In this document: positions 52,501 through 64,000 of the stretch, piece by piece
Layout of the letters: each line of letters begins with the position of its first letter
Position numbering within the stretch: position 1 is the stretch's first letter
Assembly: GCA_951406725.2 (NCBI GenBank)
Contig: OX597816.1
Span: 45,756,001 to 45,820,000 of the forward strand
From: Octopus vulgaris
Lineage: Eukaryota
Direction: 5' to 3'
DNA length: 64,000 nucleotides
Position numbers and translations under genes: made by a program
The notes under the pieces: generated by a model
The model's database searches: none
The model's input: the letters and a program-made list of their open reading frames with translations, nothing else
Told to the model about the DNA's origin: nothing

Positions 52501-53126
52501 CTGGCCTTTTTCTTTCTCAACCTTCTTGAAGCATTTATTCAGTGACAAATTATGCCGCACTGAATTTTTCCAACCTGTTGGTGCGCTTAGGAAGTAAGGG
52601 AAATTCTTTAATATCCAAGAGTAGATGTCTTTGACAGGCAAGCTTTTCTGTGGGGATTCCTCAATTGCCATAAAAATTAGGCAACTAAAGGAATAAGGGG
52701 GTTTATTGTTGATATGTTTTTGAGGATTATATGGTACATGGGGTGGGTGTATTGGGGTTGATGCAGGGACCACAGCTTGTATGTCTCCATTTTCTTTTTG
52801 TCCGTCCTCATCTGTTAGCTGGTCATCCACCTCACCAGCATTAATGTTCTTGATCAAATTGGTGTCCTGCAGCCACGCAAGGCTCGTTAGTTCATCGTCT
52901 TCATCCATGGGCCCTTTATCAAGGCGTAGTTCTGTGAAACAACTGTTACTCAGAGGATCGGTCTTCATATCTTCGGAATCAGAGTCCATATAATTGAGAG
53001 CACGTGACAGCGCACTCCCTGGGAAGCTCTGGCTTAGACTATTGACAAGTCTTTGCCGCATGGAAGCATCACTTTCATCAAGGCTCCTGTTGCTGCCCAT
53101 GTTTGCCATGGGCCATATATCAGCCC
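52501..53126 (-). CDS. FoxN2/3: Exon of a FoxN2/3 forkhead transcription factor (N-terminal region plus most of the forkhead domain)
   Basis: Translation has KPPYSFSCLIFMAIEESPQKSLPVKDIYSWILKNFPYFLSAPTGWKNSVRHNLSLNKCFKKVEKEKGQ, near-identical to the FOXN2/FOXN3 forkhead domain, and the upstream DDELTSLAWL motif (FOXN3 has EELTNLNWL). Polypyrimidine tract plus AG acceptor at 53128-53127; CAG|GTAAAT donor at 52501/52500 (phase 0). First in-frame ATG at 53109; the frame is also open from the acceptor, so an upstream coding exon is possible. Confidence 0.95.
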
Positions 53127-54074
53127 CTAAAAAATAAAAAAAAAATAATCACAATTAAGACATACTATTAACAAAAGGCATTTTCATGTGTGAATTTAAT
53201 AATACAAAAGAGCATGTTTATTTATCTTTTCTTTAGTTTTAATATTTAATAGAATAAGAGGTAACTACAACTCTCCATGTATTATCTAAACACAAACAAA
53301 CTTTCTCCCTCTCTCCCTACATTTGTATAATTATCTATTTCAGTTGACGAAAACAATCTAAAAAAAACCTAAAGTTATCCACTTTCAAATGCTGAAATAG
53401 GTTTGACAGTTGTGTCAATTTGCAGAAATTTGATAGAAAGCCAATAAAAAGATGTAATAGTGGTCATTCAAATGTTAATTCTTCAACTGATTGGGAATTC
53501 ACAGGAATTAAACTCAAAACTAATTTAAAAACTCCACTAATCTACCCTAACTGAAAGTTTTATTTAATCATTCTATTACTGCTTCCAGTCATTGAACTGT
53601 GATCATGATGGTTTCATCCCTTTGAAGGATTTTAGTTTACTTTATCAATCCCAATATTTTATCTGGTGCTTATTTATTGATCTCTATTTATAGAATGGCT
53701 AAGTCCACCTTAAATGATATAACTCAAGCATTTTTCTTCAACACAGTTTTTCATGCAGCTACGCCACACTAATAGAACCACAGCTATCAAAGGCAGACAA
53801 GTATAACTTGGGATCATGCCCATAGCTTTCACTAATTGCTTCAGATATCGACATAGACACCAGTAGATACACCCACCACTCCTCTTGGTGTTCCTATTCT
53901 TGACACAGCTGACTGTCCAGAATATGACAACTGGAAAGAGATAGGGCTGCACCAGCTCTTGTATAGTATTCATTTCAGCTGAATAGACTGGATCAATGGG
54001 AAATGAAATGCCTTGTGCAAGGACACAATGTGCCACCCGGTCAAGGAATCAAACCTATGTTATAATCTTTCTTT

Positions 54075-54380
54075 CTTTTCACCCTTTTCAAGCCTAGCCA
54101 GGCTCATGGGCCCAGTTTCCCAGTTTCTGTGGTGTATGTGTTCCCCCCAGCTGAACGGGACGCCAGTCCATCGTAGCATTACTCAAGAAACAGGATGAGA
54201 GAGTGAGAGAAAGTTGGGGCGAAAGAGTACAACAGGGGTCACCCCACCCCCTGCCAGAGCCTCACGGAGCTTTTAGGTGTTTTCGCTCAATAAACACACA
54301 CAACGCCCGGTCTGGGAATTGAAACCGTGATCCTCTGACCATGAGTCTGCTGCCCTAACCACTGGGCCATTGCACCTCCA
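54075..54380 (-). mobile_element. SINE family C variant
   Basis: Minus-strand head GGAGGTGCAATGGCCCAGTGGTTAGGGCAGC resembles the 9046 copy; 3' part (GATGGACTGGCGTCCCGTTCAG..GAAACTGGGAAACTGG) resembles the 1092 copy. Confidence 0.75.
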
Positions 54381-54959
54381 CAATCATTAGACTAAAACTC
54401 TTAGGCCACATGCCATTATAATGCTACATCCATTTAGGTCATAAATGAAAATAAATGTTACCATTACTAGAGTTCCATAAGGCATGTCTACTCTATACCA
54501 ACATAAATATGGATGTGTATGTATTTACAAATTGCAGGACTCTCTCTTTCTCTCACACACACACACTTTTCTGCTAGATATTAACTTGTAAATGTTCAAA
54601 TATTGACGTTTGTGCGTACGTGTGTGTGTGTGTATGTGTGTTTTCTTGTTAGTGGTGTGTGTGTGTGTGTGCATGTGAATGTGCTCTGGTTTATTTTGTG
54701 GCTTTACAAGACCAGTGAGACTGGTCTGGTTAATTCCCTTTTCTTTTGCAGGGTTCAGTCAGAAAAGGGATAAGGGCAACAATAATCTTTACAGTCCTTT
54801 ACCAACTAATGAAACTGATGGGGATCATATTGATCTTGTCTCATTCAAGAGCACACAGACAGAACCACTACATATATCAACAAACCATCATCATACTTCA
54901 TATCTCTCTATCTCTCTCTCTGCTGAAAGGTACAGAATGCAACTAGAACCTTCAGTGTC

Positions 54960-55560
54960 ACTACAAATGCAAGGCTTCACCATAACTGAGATCTTTCCTG
55001 AGGAATGCACATCCTTGACATAGCAAACACAGCATCACAAAAGAAGCCTTCTTTCTTCCCTTTCACAACCAAATAATACTTCAACTTCACCAACAACAAT
55101 AAACTCTCGACAAAGGTGAGGTGAGCCCTACAACAGAGTGCTTACTCCCACATCTGGAACGTTATCATTACAGCATACACATCCTTTACCAATTTCTAAA
55201 GAAAAGCTAATCTACTAATTGGCATTAAGTGCCCCACAAACACTTTAACCAGTGTCTCCTCTCTATGCCTTTTCTACCACTACTACCTTAGCCTCTGCTC
55301 TTCAAAGCCAAATGGTCACATACCAGCTCTATATAAGCACTTGGATTTCATTTGTCTCCCTCTCTCCCATATTGTATCTCTATATAAACACAGAATGCAC
55401 CACACTAACTGCTACAGCCAAACATTCTTAATGGAGAACAGCATCCTTCTAGATATGTCTACATGTGTTTCTCCTGGTAAAATAAACTTGCAGCTTGTTT
55501 TAAGAGGAAATTAACTACATCAGTGTAACTGGTCTTGCAGGGCATACAAAGACCCTGGGC
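54960..55560 (+). mobile_element. Decayed CR1/Jockey-group LINE RT C-terminal fragment
   Basis: Broken frames resemble TITEDLSW, TLYKA.VRP.MEY.SHIW and SL.LFY.YY motifs. Confidence 0.45.
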
Positions 55561-57107
55561 ACAAAATAAATCAGAACACACACACACACACACAAACCAA
55601 TAAACATTTGAAAGTCAATATCTAGCAGAAAAATGTGAGTAGAATATATGAAGAATAGGGTAAGTAGCTCTCTGTGCAGCAAAGTATACCTTTAAGTGCA
55701 TATGTATTTATGCACATTTGTATGCACGTGCACACACACACACACACACCTAGATGCACACAGCTAACAAAAACAGAATAGTTACAAATGTTTTAAATAG
55801 ATGGAAAAAAATGTTATTCCAAGAATAAAATTAACTAAAACACAAACTAATCACAACTAAATAAAATGACTTTTCTACTATTAAAAACTTAAACACAAAA
55901 ATAGATGCCTCTTAGTTAAAAACACACACACACACACACACAACACAAATACTCATGCTCTTCTATTAAATGCTTTCTCCTGGCTATAAAAGAACAAGAA
56001 GGGGAAAAAAGGTGGTGGCTTGTTGTTCTTCTACAATTAGATTATAGACAGGAAGGAATTAAAAGAATTTATAAAAGACATTTTATAAATAGCATAGAGT
56101 TAAAATAATTGAAAGTATTGATCCATTGTATAGATCATTACTAAGTTCCTTAACCTATATGAACTTGTATATCTCCTCTCTTTTTTTTTCCCAAATGGGG
56201 CACCCATGTATTTCCTCTACTGCAAGGCACCCATTTCTGTCCCTCAATCACACTCAAAACCTCTCCTCACACCTCAGTACTACTCCCCACTCAGCTGACA
56301 GGTCTTGTCTTGCAAATTACATGGTGACCTCACTGGTGCTGATGTCACATAAAATGTACCCAGTCCACTCTGTAAAGTGGTTAGCATTAGGAAAGGCATC
56401 CAACAACATAGAACCATGCCAAAGCAGACAGCAGAGCTGGGCCCAGTCTTCTGACTTGTCAGCTCCTGTTAAACCATCCAATCAATGCCAGAATGAAGGC
56501 AGACATTAAATGCTAACTATAATGATGATCAACATATTCATTGTACATTATTTGCTTCAAGTGTACTGTTCAACCTTCAATATATATACTGCTATCTCTA
56601 GCAGACAGGTGTCCACCAGTGAAGATAAGCACAAATAGCTCAAAACCAGATGGTCCGTTGGTCCCATCATCACTGAAAGATGGCTGGGGGTATGTGCTTG
56701 CAATATATATTGAGTGGAGATTGCATCGACAACTAGCTGGAAGAGGCATCCTCCAGGGGTTAAGAACATAGTAACATCAGTTTCTACGGAACAGACATGT
56801 TTAAGTGACAATAAACATTATTTCTCAGTACAGTTGCTACTTTCATCACTTATAAAGATTTTCTACTTTGCTTCTTTCATATATATATATATAGACATAC
56901 ATACTTCATTACTGAACAATTACACCTGAAATTCTAAGTAGTTGCAGTGATTAATATAAACACCAGCATTTCATGATGCATCAAATTTTTCAAAGGCATG
57001 TTTCAGTATACAAGAAATAGCACCAAAATCAACCTCAAGTCACAACCCAACCACAGCCAAAACAGTCAAATAGCTACAGTTATATAGGCACCAGAGTTGC
57101 ACAATCT

Positions 57108-57509
57108 CTCTTTTACACTTCTACTTGTTTCAGTCATTTGACTGTGGCCATACTGGAGCACCACCATTAGTCAAGCAAATCGACCTCAGGACTTATTCTT
57201 TGTAAGCTGAGTACTTATTCTATCGGTCTCTTTCTGCCGAACCGCTAAGTTACGGGGACATAAACACACCAGCATCGGTTGTCAAGCGATGTTTAGAGGA
57301 CATACACAGACACACACACACATATAAATATATATATATACATATGTACGACGGGCTTCTTTCAGTTTTTATCTACCAAATCCACTCACAAGGCTTTGGT
57401 CAGACTGAGGCTATAGAAGACACTTGCCCAAGGTACCACACAGTGGGACTGAACCTGGGACCATGTGGTTGGTAAGCAAGCTACTTACCACACAGCCACT
57501 CCTGCACCT
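57108..57509 (-). mobile_element. SINE family A
   Basis: Full-length homologue. Confidence 0.85.
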
Positions 57510-58215
57510 GAATTTATAGAATTTTCCTAACTAGTGTGTCAGTATATAAGAAATAACAGCCATATTTCCCTCAAATCACATCCCAACCATATTTAAAAAT
57601 AATTTTTAAAGGATGTAAAACATACATCATACAGTAAGATGGACAATGTCAGATCTAAAAAAAAAAAAAAAAACTAAATGAGAGTCTGTTTATGTGGTCA
57701 CCCAACCTGTTAGAAATATGAACCGTAATTGGATAATGTATCAGTGTCTTTAGAACTAAAAAGATAGAATGATCATAGCAGGAATGCTTCTGATGAAAGG
57801 TTCCTCTATCAAAATAGACTTGGGTTAAACAACCTCAACAAAGTGAGTAGAGAATAAAAATAAATACAAATTACAACAGTGCAACTATGGAAGAAACTGA
57901 CAAAGTATAAAGATGGTGGTGGTGATGGGGGTTGCATATGGTGGGCGGGAGTGAAGTGAAGTGATAGTAAAGAAATATCATATTCAAGGTTGGTTATGTA
58001 ATATAACCTGCTGGGTGTAACTCCAGCTGACTGACTGATTTATTCAACCAGATGTATGAGCAATGTGCAAACAATAAGAGAGAGAGGTGGAGGAAGAGAG
58101 GGAGAAGGGAAGAAAGAGAGAGAGAGAGAGAGACTGCATGCATGGAGACAGGGAAGGAGGCTTAGTGAGAGGATGAGAATTGTAAGAGTTGAGATGCAAA
58201 GTACTCTATGCATTA

Positions 58216-58218
<3 letters not shown>

Positions 58219-58252
<34 letters not shown>

Positions 58253-58695
58253 TGTGTGTGTACATGTATACAGACACATATACACATACATATATATATA
58301 CACACACACACATAGACACATATATATACACATACATATGCACATATACATATATATATACACATACGTATGCACATAGACACATATACACACATATACA
58401 CATACACATGCACACATACACACATATATACACATACACATATGCACATACACAGACATATATATACACATACATATGCACACAATATATACACATACAC
58501 ACACATATATACATGCATATACACATATGTATATACACACACATGCACATACACACAATATATACACACACACACATGCACATACACAATATATATACAC
58601 ATACACACACACACATATATATATACATGCATACATGAATTCACACATACATATACACACACACACACATACAAACACACATATATACAAACACA
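58219..58695. repeat. Compound (TA)/(CA) microsatellite
   Basis: Directly visible; a further pure (TA)n tract lies at ~59007-59090. Confidence 0.95.
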
Positions 58696-59004
58696 GAAAA
58701 AGAGAGAGAGAATTATAACAGCAACATTATGTGCACACTGACACAACTGGCTCACTTAACCTGATCTGTGTACAATGAACAATAATTGTAGACACAGTGT
58801 TTGCCTGTGTGCATGTGCTGCGTTGAAGGGTATCATACCTAATGAATAGAAACACACCCAAGTTACCACCTGCATATGCACTCACCAACAAATCTAAGTG
58901 CATATGAACACTCACACACGCATGCACACATTCACAAGTACACATGCACTTGATGTAGACAGGTCTGTGCACAGATGCAGATATACACACAAACATAAAT
59001 AAAT

Positions 59005-59098
<94 letters not shown>

Positions 59099-59259
59099 CA
59101 GAAATACAATCTGAAAGACTAAAATAAAGGGAGTGAATAGGTTAATTTAGTTCAACAGGATTAGTGTCAGTCGCACCTTTGTTACAAAGGCATATCAATT
59201 AACTGACAAATAGCATCACATACTATAAAACAACAGACAACTTGTGGATGGATGCATGT

Positions 59260-59839
59260 ATTTATGTGTGTGTATGTGTATATATATACACACACACACA
59301 TATTTACATACATACACATACATATATACTTACATATACACTTACATACACACACATACATACATACATACATACATACATGCATATATATAAGTAAATA
59401 TATATATATATATATATATACATATATATACGTAACTTAGCGGCTCGGCAAAAGAGACCAATAAAATAAGTACTAGGCTTACAAAGAATAAGTCCCAGGG
59501 TTGATTTGCTCGACTAATTTGCGGTGCTCCAGCATGGCCACAGTCAAATGACTGAAACAAGTAAAAGATAAAAGAGATATACATATGTATGCCCATACAT
59601 ATGTATGTATGTATACATACCTACATATACATACATATGTATGTATTCTTTTATGTTAGTGAAACAAATTGACCCAGGACTTATTCTTTGTAAGCCTAGT
59701 ACTTGTATCAGTCTGTTTTGCTGAACCGCTATGTTATGGGGATGTAAATATACCAACACCAGTTGTCAAGCGATGGTGGGTGGTGGACAAACACAGAATC
59801 AGAAACATACACATATATGTGTATATATGTGTGTGTGTG

Positions 59840-59898
<59 letters not shown>

Positions 59899-59905
59899 AC
59901 ACACA

Positions 59906-59955
<50 letters not shown>

Positions 59956-59964
59956 CACACACAC

Positions 59965-60021
<57 letters not shown>

Positions 60022-60116
60022 CACACACACATATATATATATACACATACACACACACATATATATATATATACACATACACACATATATATATATATAT
60101 ATACACATACACACAT
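59260..60116. mobile_element. Two inverted SINE A 3' halves (59432-59575 plus; 59669-59810 minus), each joined to an expanded TA/CA tract
   Basis: GAATAAGTCC...GGGT on the plus copy versus GACCCAGGACTTATTCTTTGTAAGCCTAGTACTT on the minus copy. Confidence 0.75.
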
Positions 60117-60577
60117 AAATCTTGCTTCAGTCAACTTTGCCTTTCGTCCTTCCAGGTTTGTTAAAGTACCAGCCAAATACTGGAGTTGATATAATGACTA
60201 ATGCTTGACCTTAAAACTGCTGGCCTTGTGCCTAAATTAGAACGCTGGCAAAATTGTTAGCACACCGGGCAAAAATGCTTAGCAGCATTTCATGACTTCA
60301 TGTTCTGAGTGTGACATAGCCTTACATCCATCTGAGGTCAATAAAAATAAGTACCTGGTGTGTCCTAGGGATCAATGTAATTAATTTACTCTCCTCCCCT
60401 GAATTTGCTGGCCTAATACCAAAATTTGAAAACACTATTGCAGATTTGTTAGCACACCAGACTAAATGAATCAATAAAATAAGTACCAGCTGATAGTGGG
60501 GTTGTTGTAATCAGATAGCCCCTTCCCCTAATATTTCAGGCCTTGTGCTTAAAGTGAAAAGTATTATTAGAATTATT

Positions 60578-60740
60578 ACACTCACGGAGTGGTTGGCATT
60601 AGGAAGGGCATCCAGCTGTAGAAACACTGCCAGATCTGACTGGCCTGGTGCAGCCTTCGGGCTTCCCAGACCCCAGTTGAACCATCCAACCCATGCTAGC
60701 ATGGAAAGCGGACGTTAAACGATGATGATGATGATGATTA
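60578..60740 (+). mobile_element. Family D element, 3' part
   Basis: GGAGTGGTTGGCATTAGGAAGGGCATCCAGC...CCATGCTAGCATGGAAAGCGGACGTTAAAC(GAT)n. Confidence 0.8.
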
Positions 60741-61528
60741 TCATCACCAAGGAAAGAGGGGAACCCAGATGGAGAGAGCATGAGCAAGAAAGAGTGAGTG
60801 AGTGAATAAGAGAAGGATTCTAGAGAGAGAGAAAAAAAAAACTTACTGTTTCCTTTGTATCAAAAAACCTAACTTCCATCTATATATAAATATATATATA
60901 CATACATACATACATACATACATGTACATCACAATGAAATATTTTCACAGACACGGTGAAGTATTGCACAAACATGTTCAGGTATTTGATATAAATTTCA
61001 TGTGAGCAGAGCATGTATGTGATTTTTATGAAATTAAAAAGCAATTTTTTTTCTTCTTTTACATCAGCATTCAAGACACTTCAATTCATTAAAATAAAAT
61101 GAAAGCACTCTCTCTCTTTCTCTTTCTCTCTCTCTCTCTACATAATGCTTAAAAATATGCCTAGAAATTTGAAAAAAGCTTTGTGTTTGTACATATTTAA
61201 ATTGCATTACAGTAACTATTGCATTTATTTTCCTTATCCCAGCATTCAAGTACATTAAATTTATTGAAGATAAGTTAAGGGTAAGAGAGGTAACATCTTA
61301 ATAAATTGTGTATTTGATTCTAAGACACCGAACAACCTTTGGTCAATAAAACAAATTGCTAAAAATAAACTTTGTTTTGGTGTAGGAGATCACGGGGCAA
61401 AACATTAAACTGCATGGCATTTTAAGGTTCCAGTTTGGGAGGTCAGGACTTTTATGAAGTATAGAGTTACCACATTGTTAATACTTAGTCACCACTATTT
61501 CCATGTCTACTTTGTTCTGGATAGTAGT

Positions 61529-61668
61529 CATCATCATCATCATCATTGTTCGACCGTGGTCGAGACAATGGAATTTACCATGCTACACCAGACTTCACGG
61601 TCCATCATAGAATTACGGAGATCCTGTTGCTGGATGCCTGTATTCCTGGAGATTACATCAGGGTAGTA
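61529..61668 (-). mobile_element. RTE-clade LINE extreme 3' end
   Basis: Minus frame YPDVISRNTGIQQQDLRNSMMDREVWCSMVNSIVSTTVEQ* followed by a (TGA)n tail; M.DR..W is typical of RTE C-termini. Confidence 0.65.
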
Positions 61669-62859
61669 CCTGCCAAGAGCCACAGTTATGGGTCAGACAA
61701 TAGAAGATGGTCATATGGCTAAGGTGTACAGGACTTAGAGGCAGGCTGGCCACAAGACATGTGTCACACACGTTAGCCTGTGTCTCATGAGTAAGCTTGG
61801 GAGAGCTGGAGACTAGCAGGGTAACTGTAAATATACTAACAGAAAGCAAGAGGAAACCACTGTTGTATCTTTTTCGAGAAAATTTCATGAATATTTAGAC
61901 ATTAGCATGAAGGTCCATAATGACCAACATCTGTAACGGAGGGAAAGAGAAGGACTTTCTAATAAAGGCTTGAAGATTTTTAGAGAAATAGGTGAAGTGT
62001 AATATAACTGAAGGCATCCCAATTAGGAACTGAAACATGTTGACAGATTTTGTGGTTTTGCTACTTGCCAATCACAATACACTTTTTACAATAATAACAA
62101 ACTCAAAACCCCTCGTCCACACACACAATGTCAGAAAGTAGGGCTTCTATTTTTCAGTGTGCTAAAAACAACAGCTAAATCTAGCCCTAATCAAATCCTG
62201 TGCCTTGAAGAAAGGAAGAGCACATTGGCTATTGTAGGTCCCAGATGCTTGAAAAATAATGATGTGATGGCTACAGTTCAAACATCTTTCATCAACGGGT
62301 CTGCTCAGAATTGACCAGAAGCTAAGTAATGAGAAAAAACACATTGTATACAGTGTAGGATGACCATGATTGGAAAGTCTTTGATCATAAGTTTCCTTAA
62401 TTAGGAACTAAATAACAATACAAACTCTACTCCTTCCCTTAATTTTTTTTATATTTATTATAAAAAAAGAGCATATCAGCTAATTTTGATAGATGCATAT
62501 TTCTCCTACTACCACTCTGGCTACATTTTGTTTATGCTTTTAGTTACTTCGAATCAAACCAAGAGTATATAAGAACTAAGAAAATGAAGACTACTAAACA
62601 TGGACATGAAATTTCAATGTCACAGCATTATTTACAATAGGTCGTAAGTTATAGAAAGTAAGTCAGATCAGAAGTTTATTATTATTTTCCCAATACAGCA
62701 ACCTTAACTGAGTCACTAAGAATATTATCTCACAATCTAGCAAATAATAGTTTGTTTATGGTTTGTTACATTTAATGTACAGGGTACAAAGTTTATTTCC
62801 ATTTTTTTTTTTAAATTATCTATCGTCATGTTAAAAGCACTCATATCAACACCACATAA

Positions 62860-63150
62860 TGGAGCATTTGTGCTGATGCAAGGCAATAAAATCGCTCAAG
62901 CTGGTGCCACATTAAAAAGCATCTGTACCAGTGCCATGTTAAGAAGCACCCCCCTGCTAGTGCCATATAGGAAGCACCCAGCACACTTTGTGGAAGTGGT
63001 TGGAGTTAGGAAGGAAGGGCATCCAGCCTTTAGAAATGACATTCAAATCAGACAAATAGAGCCTGGGTTGCTTTGCAGCTGGCCAACTCCTGTAGAACCA
63101 TCCAATCTGTGCTAACATGGAAAACAGATGTTAAATGATGATGATGATGG
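62860..63150 (+). mobile_element. Old family D element with three short (~28-bp) modules
   Basis: CTGGTGCCACATTAAAAAGCATC, CCAGTGCCATGTTAAGAAGCACC, CTAGTGCCATATAGGAAGCACC precede the GGAAGGGCATCCAGC core. Confidence 0.65.
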
Positions 63151-63816
63151 TGGTGGTGATGGTGATGAGGAGGAGGAGGGAGCGGAGGAGGAGGAGGAGT
63201 CATTTGAGCCATTTAAAAACACACCAATGAAATCTGTTCAATTCACTTGTTTATTTCCTGAGTTGTCAAATTTTTTAAATTGTTCCTCTCTGCGGCCCTG
63301 AACTACTTTACTAGAGGAACCTGGAACCATGTCCAGTGACCAACGTAACACAACAATAAGGTAACAAATATTTCAACACTTCAAGAAATAAATTAAAGAT
63401 GAATTTAACAAGGTTTTTTTTTTTTTTTTTTTAAATCATTTATGTGTTATTGAATTGCTAAAATGACTCATCTGAAACGTAAATACTTCAGTTTCAACAG
63501 AGTTTTACATCAACTTATTTGCTACACAAGTTACAATTCTGAAATATTTGTTTCAGGTTTCATTTTGCACTACTTTATCTTCATGAAGCTGACCCAGTAA
63601 ACTAGCTTCTCTCTAAAGAAAGACCCTACCCAAAACATTAATCTCGTCTTCCTTACAGTAAAATAATTTATTCATCATCATCACCCTCATCATCTCAATG
63701 TTTACTTTTCCATGCTTCATGGGTCAGACAGAACCGATAGTAGCAAACATTAGTCAGCGAGCTGGCAGAAACGTTAGCACGCCAGGCAAAGTACTTACCA
63801 ATATTTTGTGTCTTAC

Positions 63817-63982
63817 TACACTCATGGAGTAAATTGGCATTAGGAAGGGCATCCAGCTGTAGAAACACTGCCAGATCAGACTGGAGCCTGGTTGCAGCCT
63901 CCTGGCTTCCCAGACCCCAGCTGAACCATCCAACCCATGCTAGCATGGGAAACAGACGTTAAACGATGATGATGATGATGAT
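63817..63982 (+). mobile_element. Family D element, 3' part
   Basis: Core plus CCATGCTAGCATGG...GACGTTAAAC(GAT)n tail. Confidence 0.8.
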
Positions 63983-64000
63983 TCTACAGCCAGGTGTCCT

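Noticed and set aside
55165-55200. Minus-strand IGKG peptide as the next FoxN2/3 exon
   Set aside because: It is upstream of the forkhead exon, continues CVCC rather than SLW, and sits in a LINE remnant.

Overview
AT-rich, microsatellite- and transposon-dense eukaryotic DNA; the repeat landscape suggests an octopod cephalopod (Octopus sp.), which is an inference. The only host coding sequence I can support is one 626-nt minus-strand exon (53126-52501) of a FoxN2/3 forkhead transcription factor, with a canonical AG acceptor and a phase-0 GT donor. I found no following exon (expected to begin near SIGKGSLW) by eye in the remaining ~52.5 kb, so nearly the whole window appears intronic. It contains at least three tRNA-headed SINE families, a non-autonomous RTE-like element with a variable-copy structured module (7+ tandem copies at 34.5-35.0 kb), decayed LINE fragments (RTE, CR1, R4/Dong), piggyBac-, hAT-, Tc1/mariner- and Tigger-type MITEs, and a non-autonomous Helitron. 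Best leads: the tandem pseudoknot-like module, a 74-bp inverted templated insertion with a 28-bp duplication, a self-nested MITE hairpin and inverted SINE pairs (possible dsRNA/ADAR substrates), RFX X-boxes in the FoxN2/3 intron, and a candidate SINE-LINE shared tail. Almost all long ORFs in the track are microsatellite or repeat artefacts. Family letters (A-D, MITE-1/2) are my own labels; many repeat boundaries are approximate.
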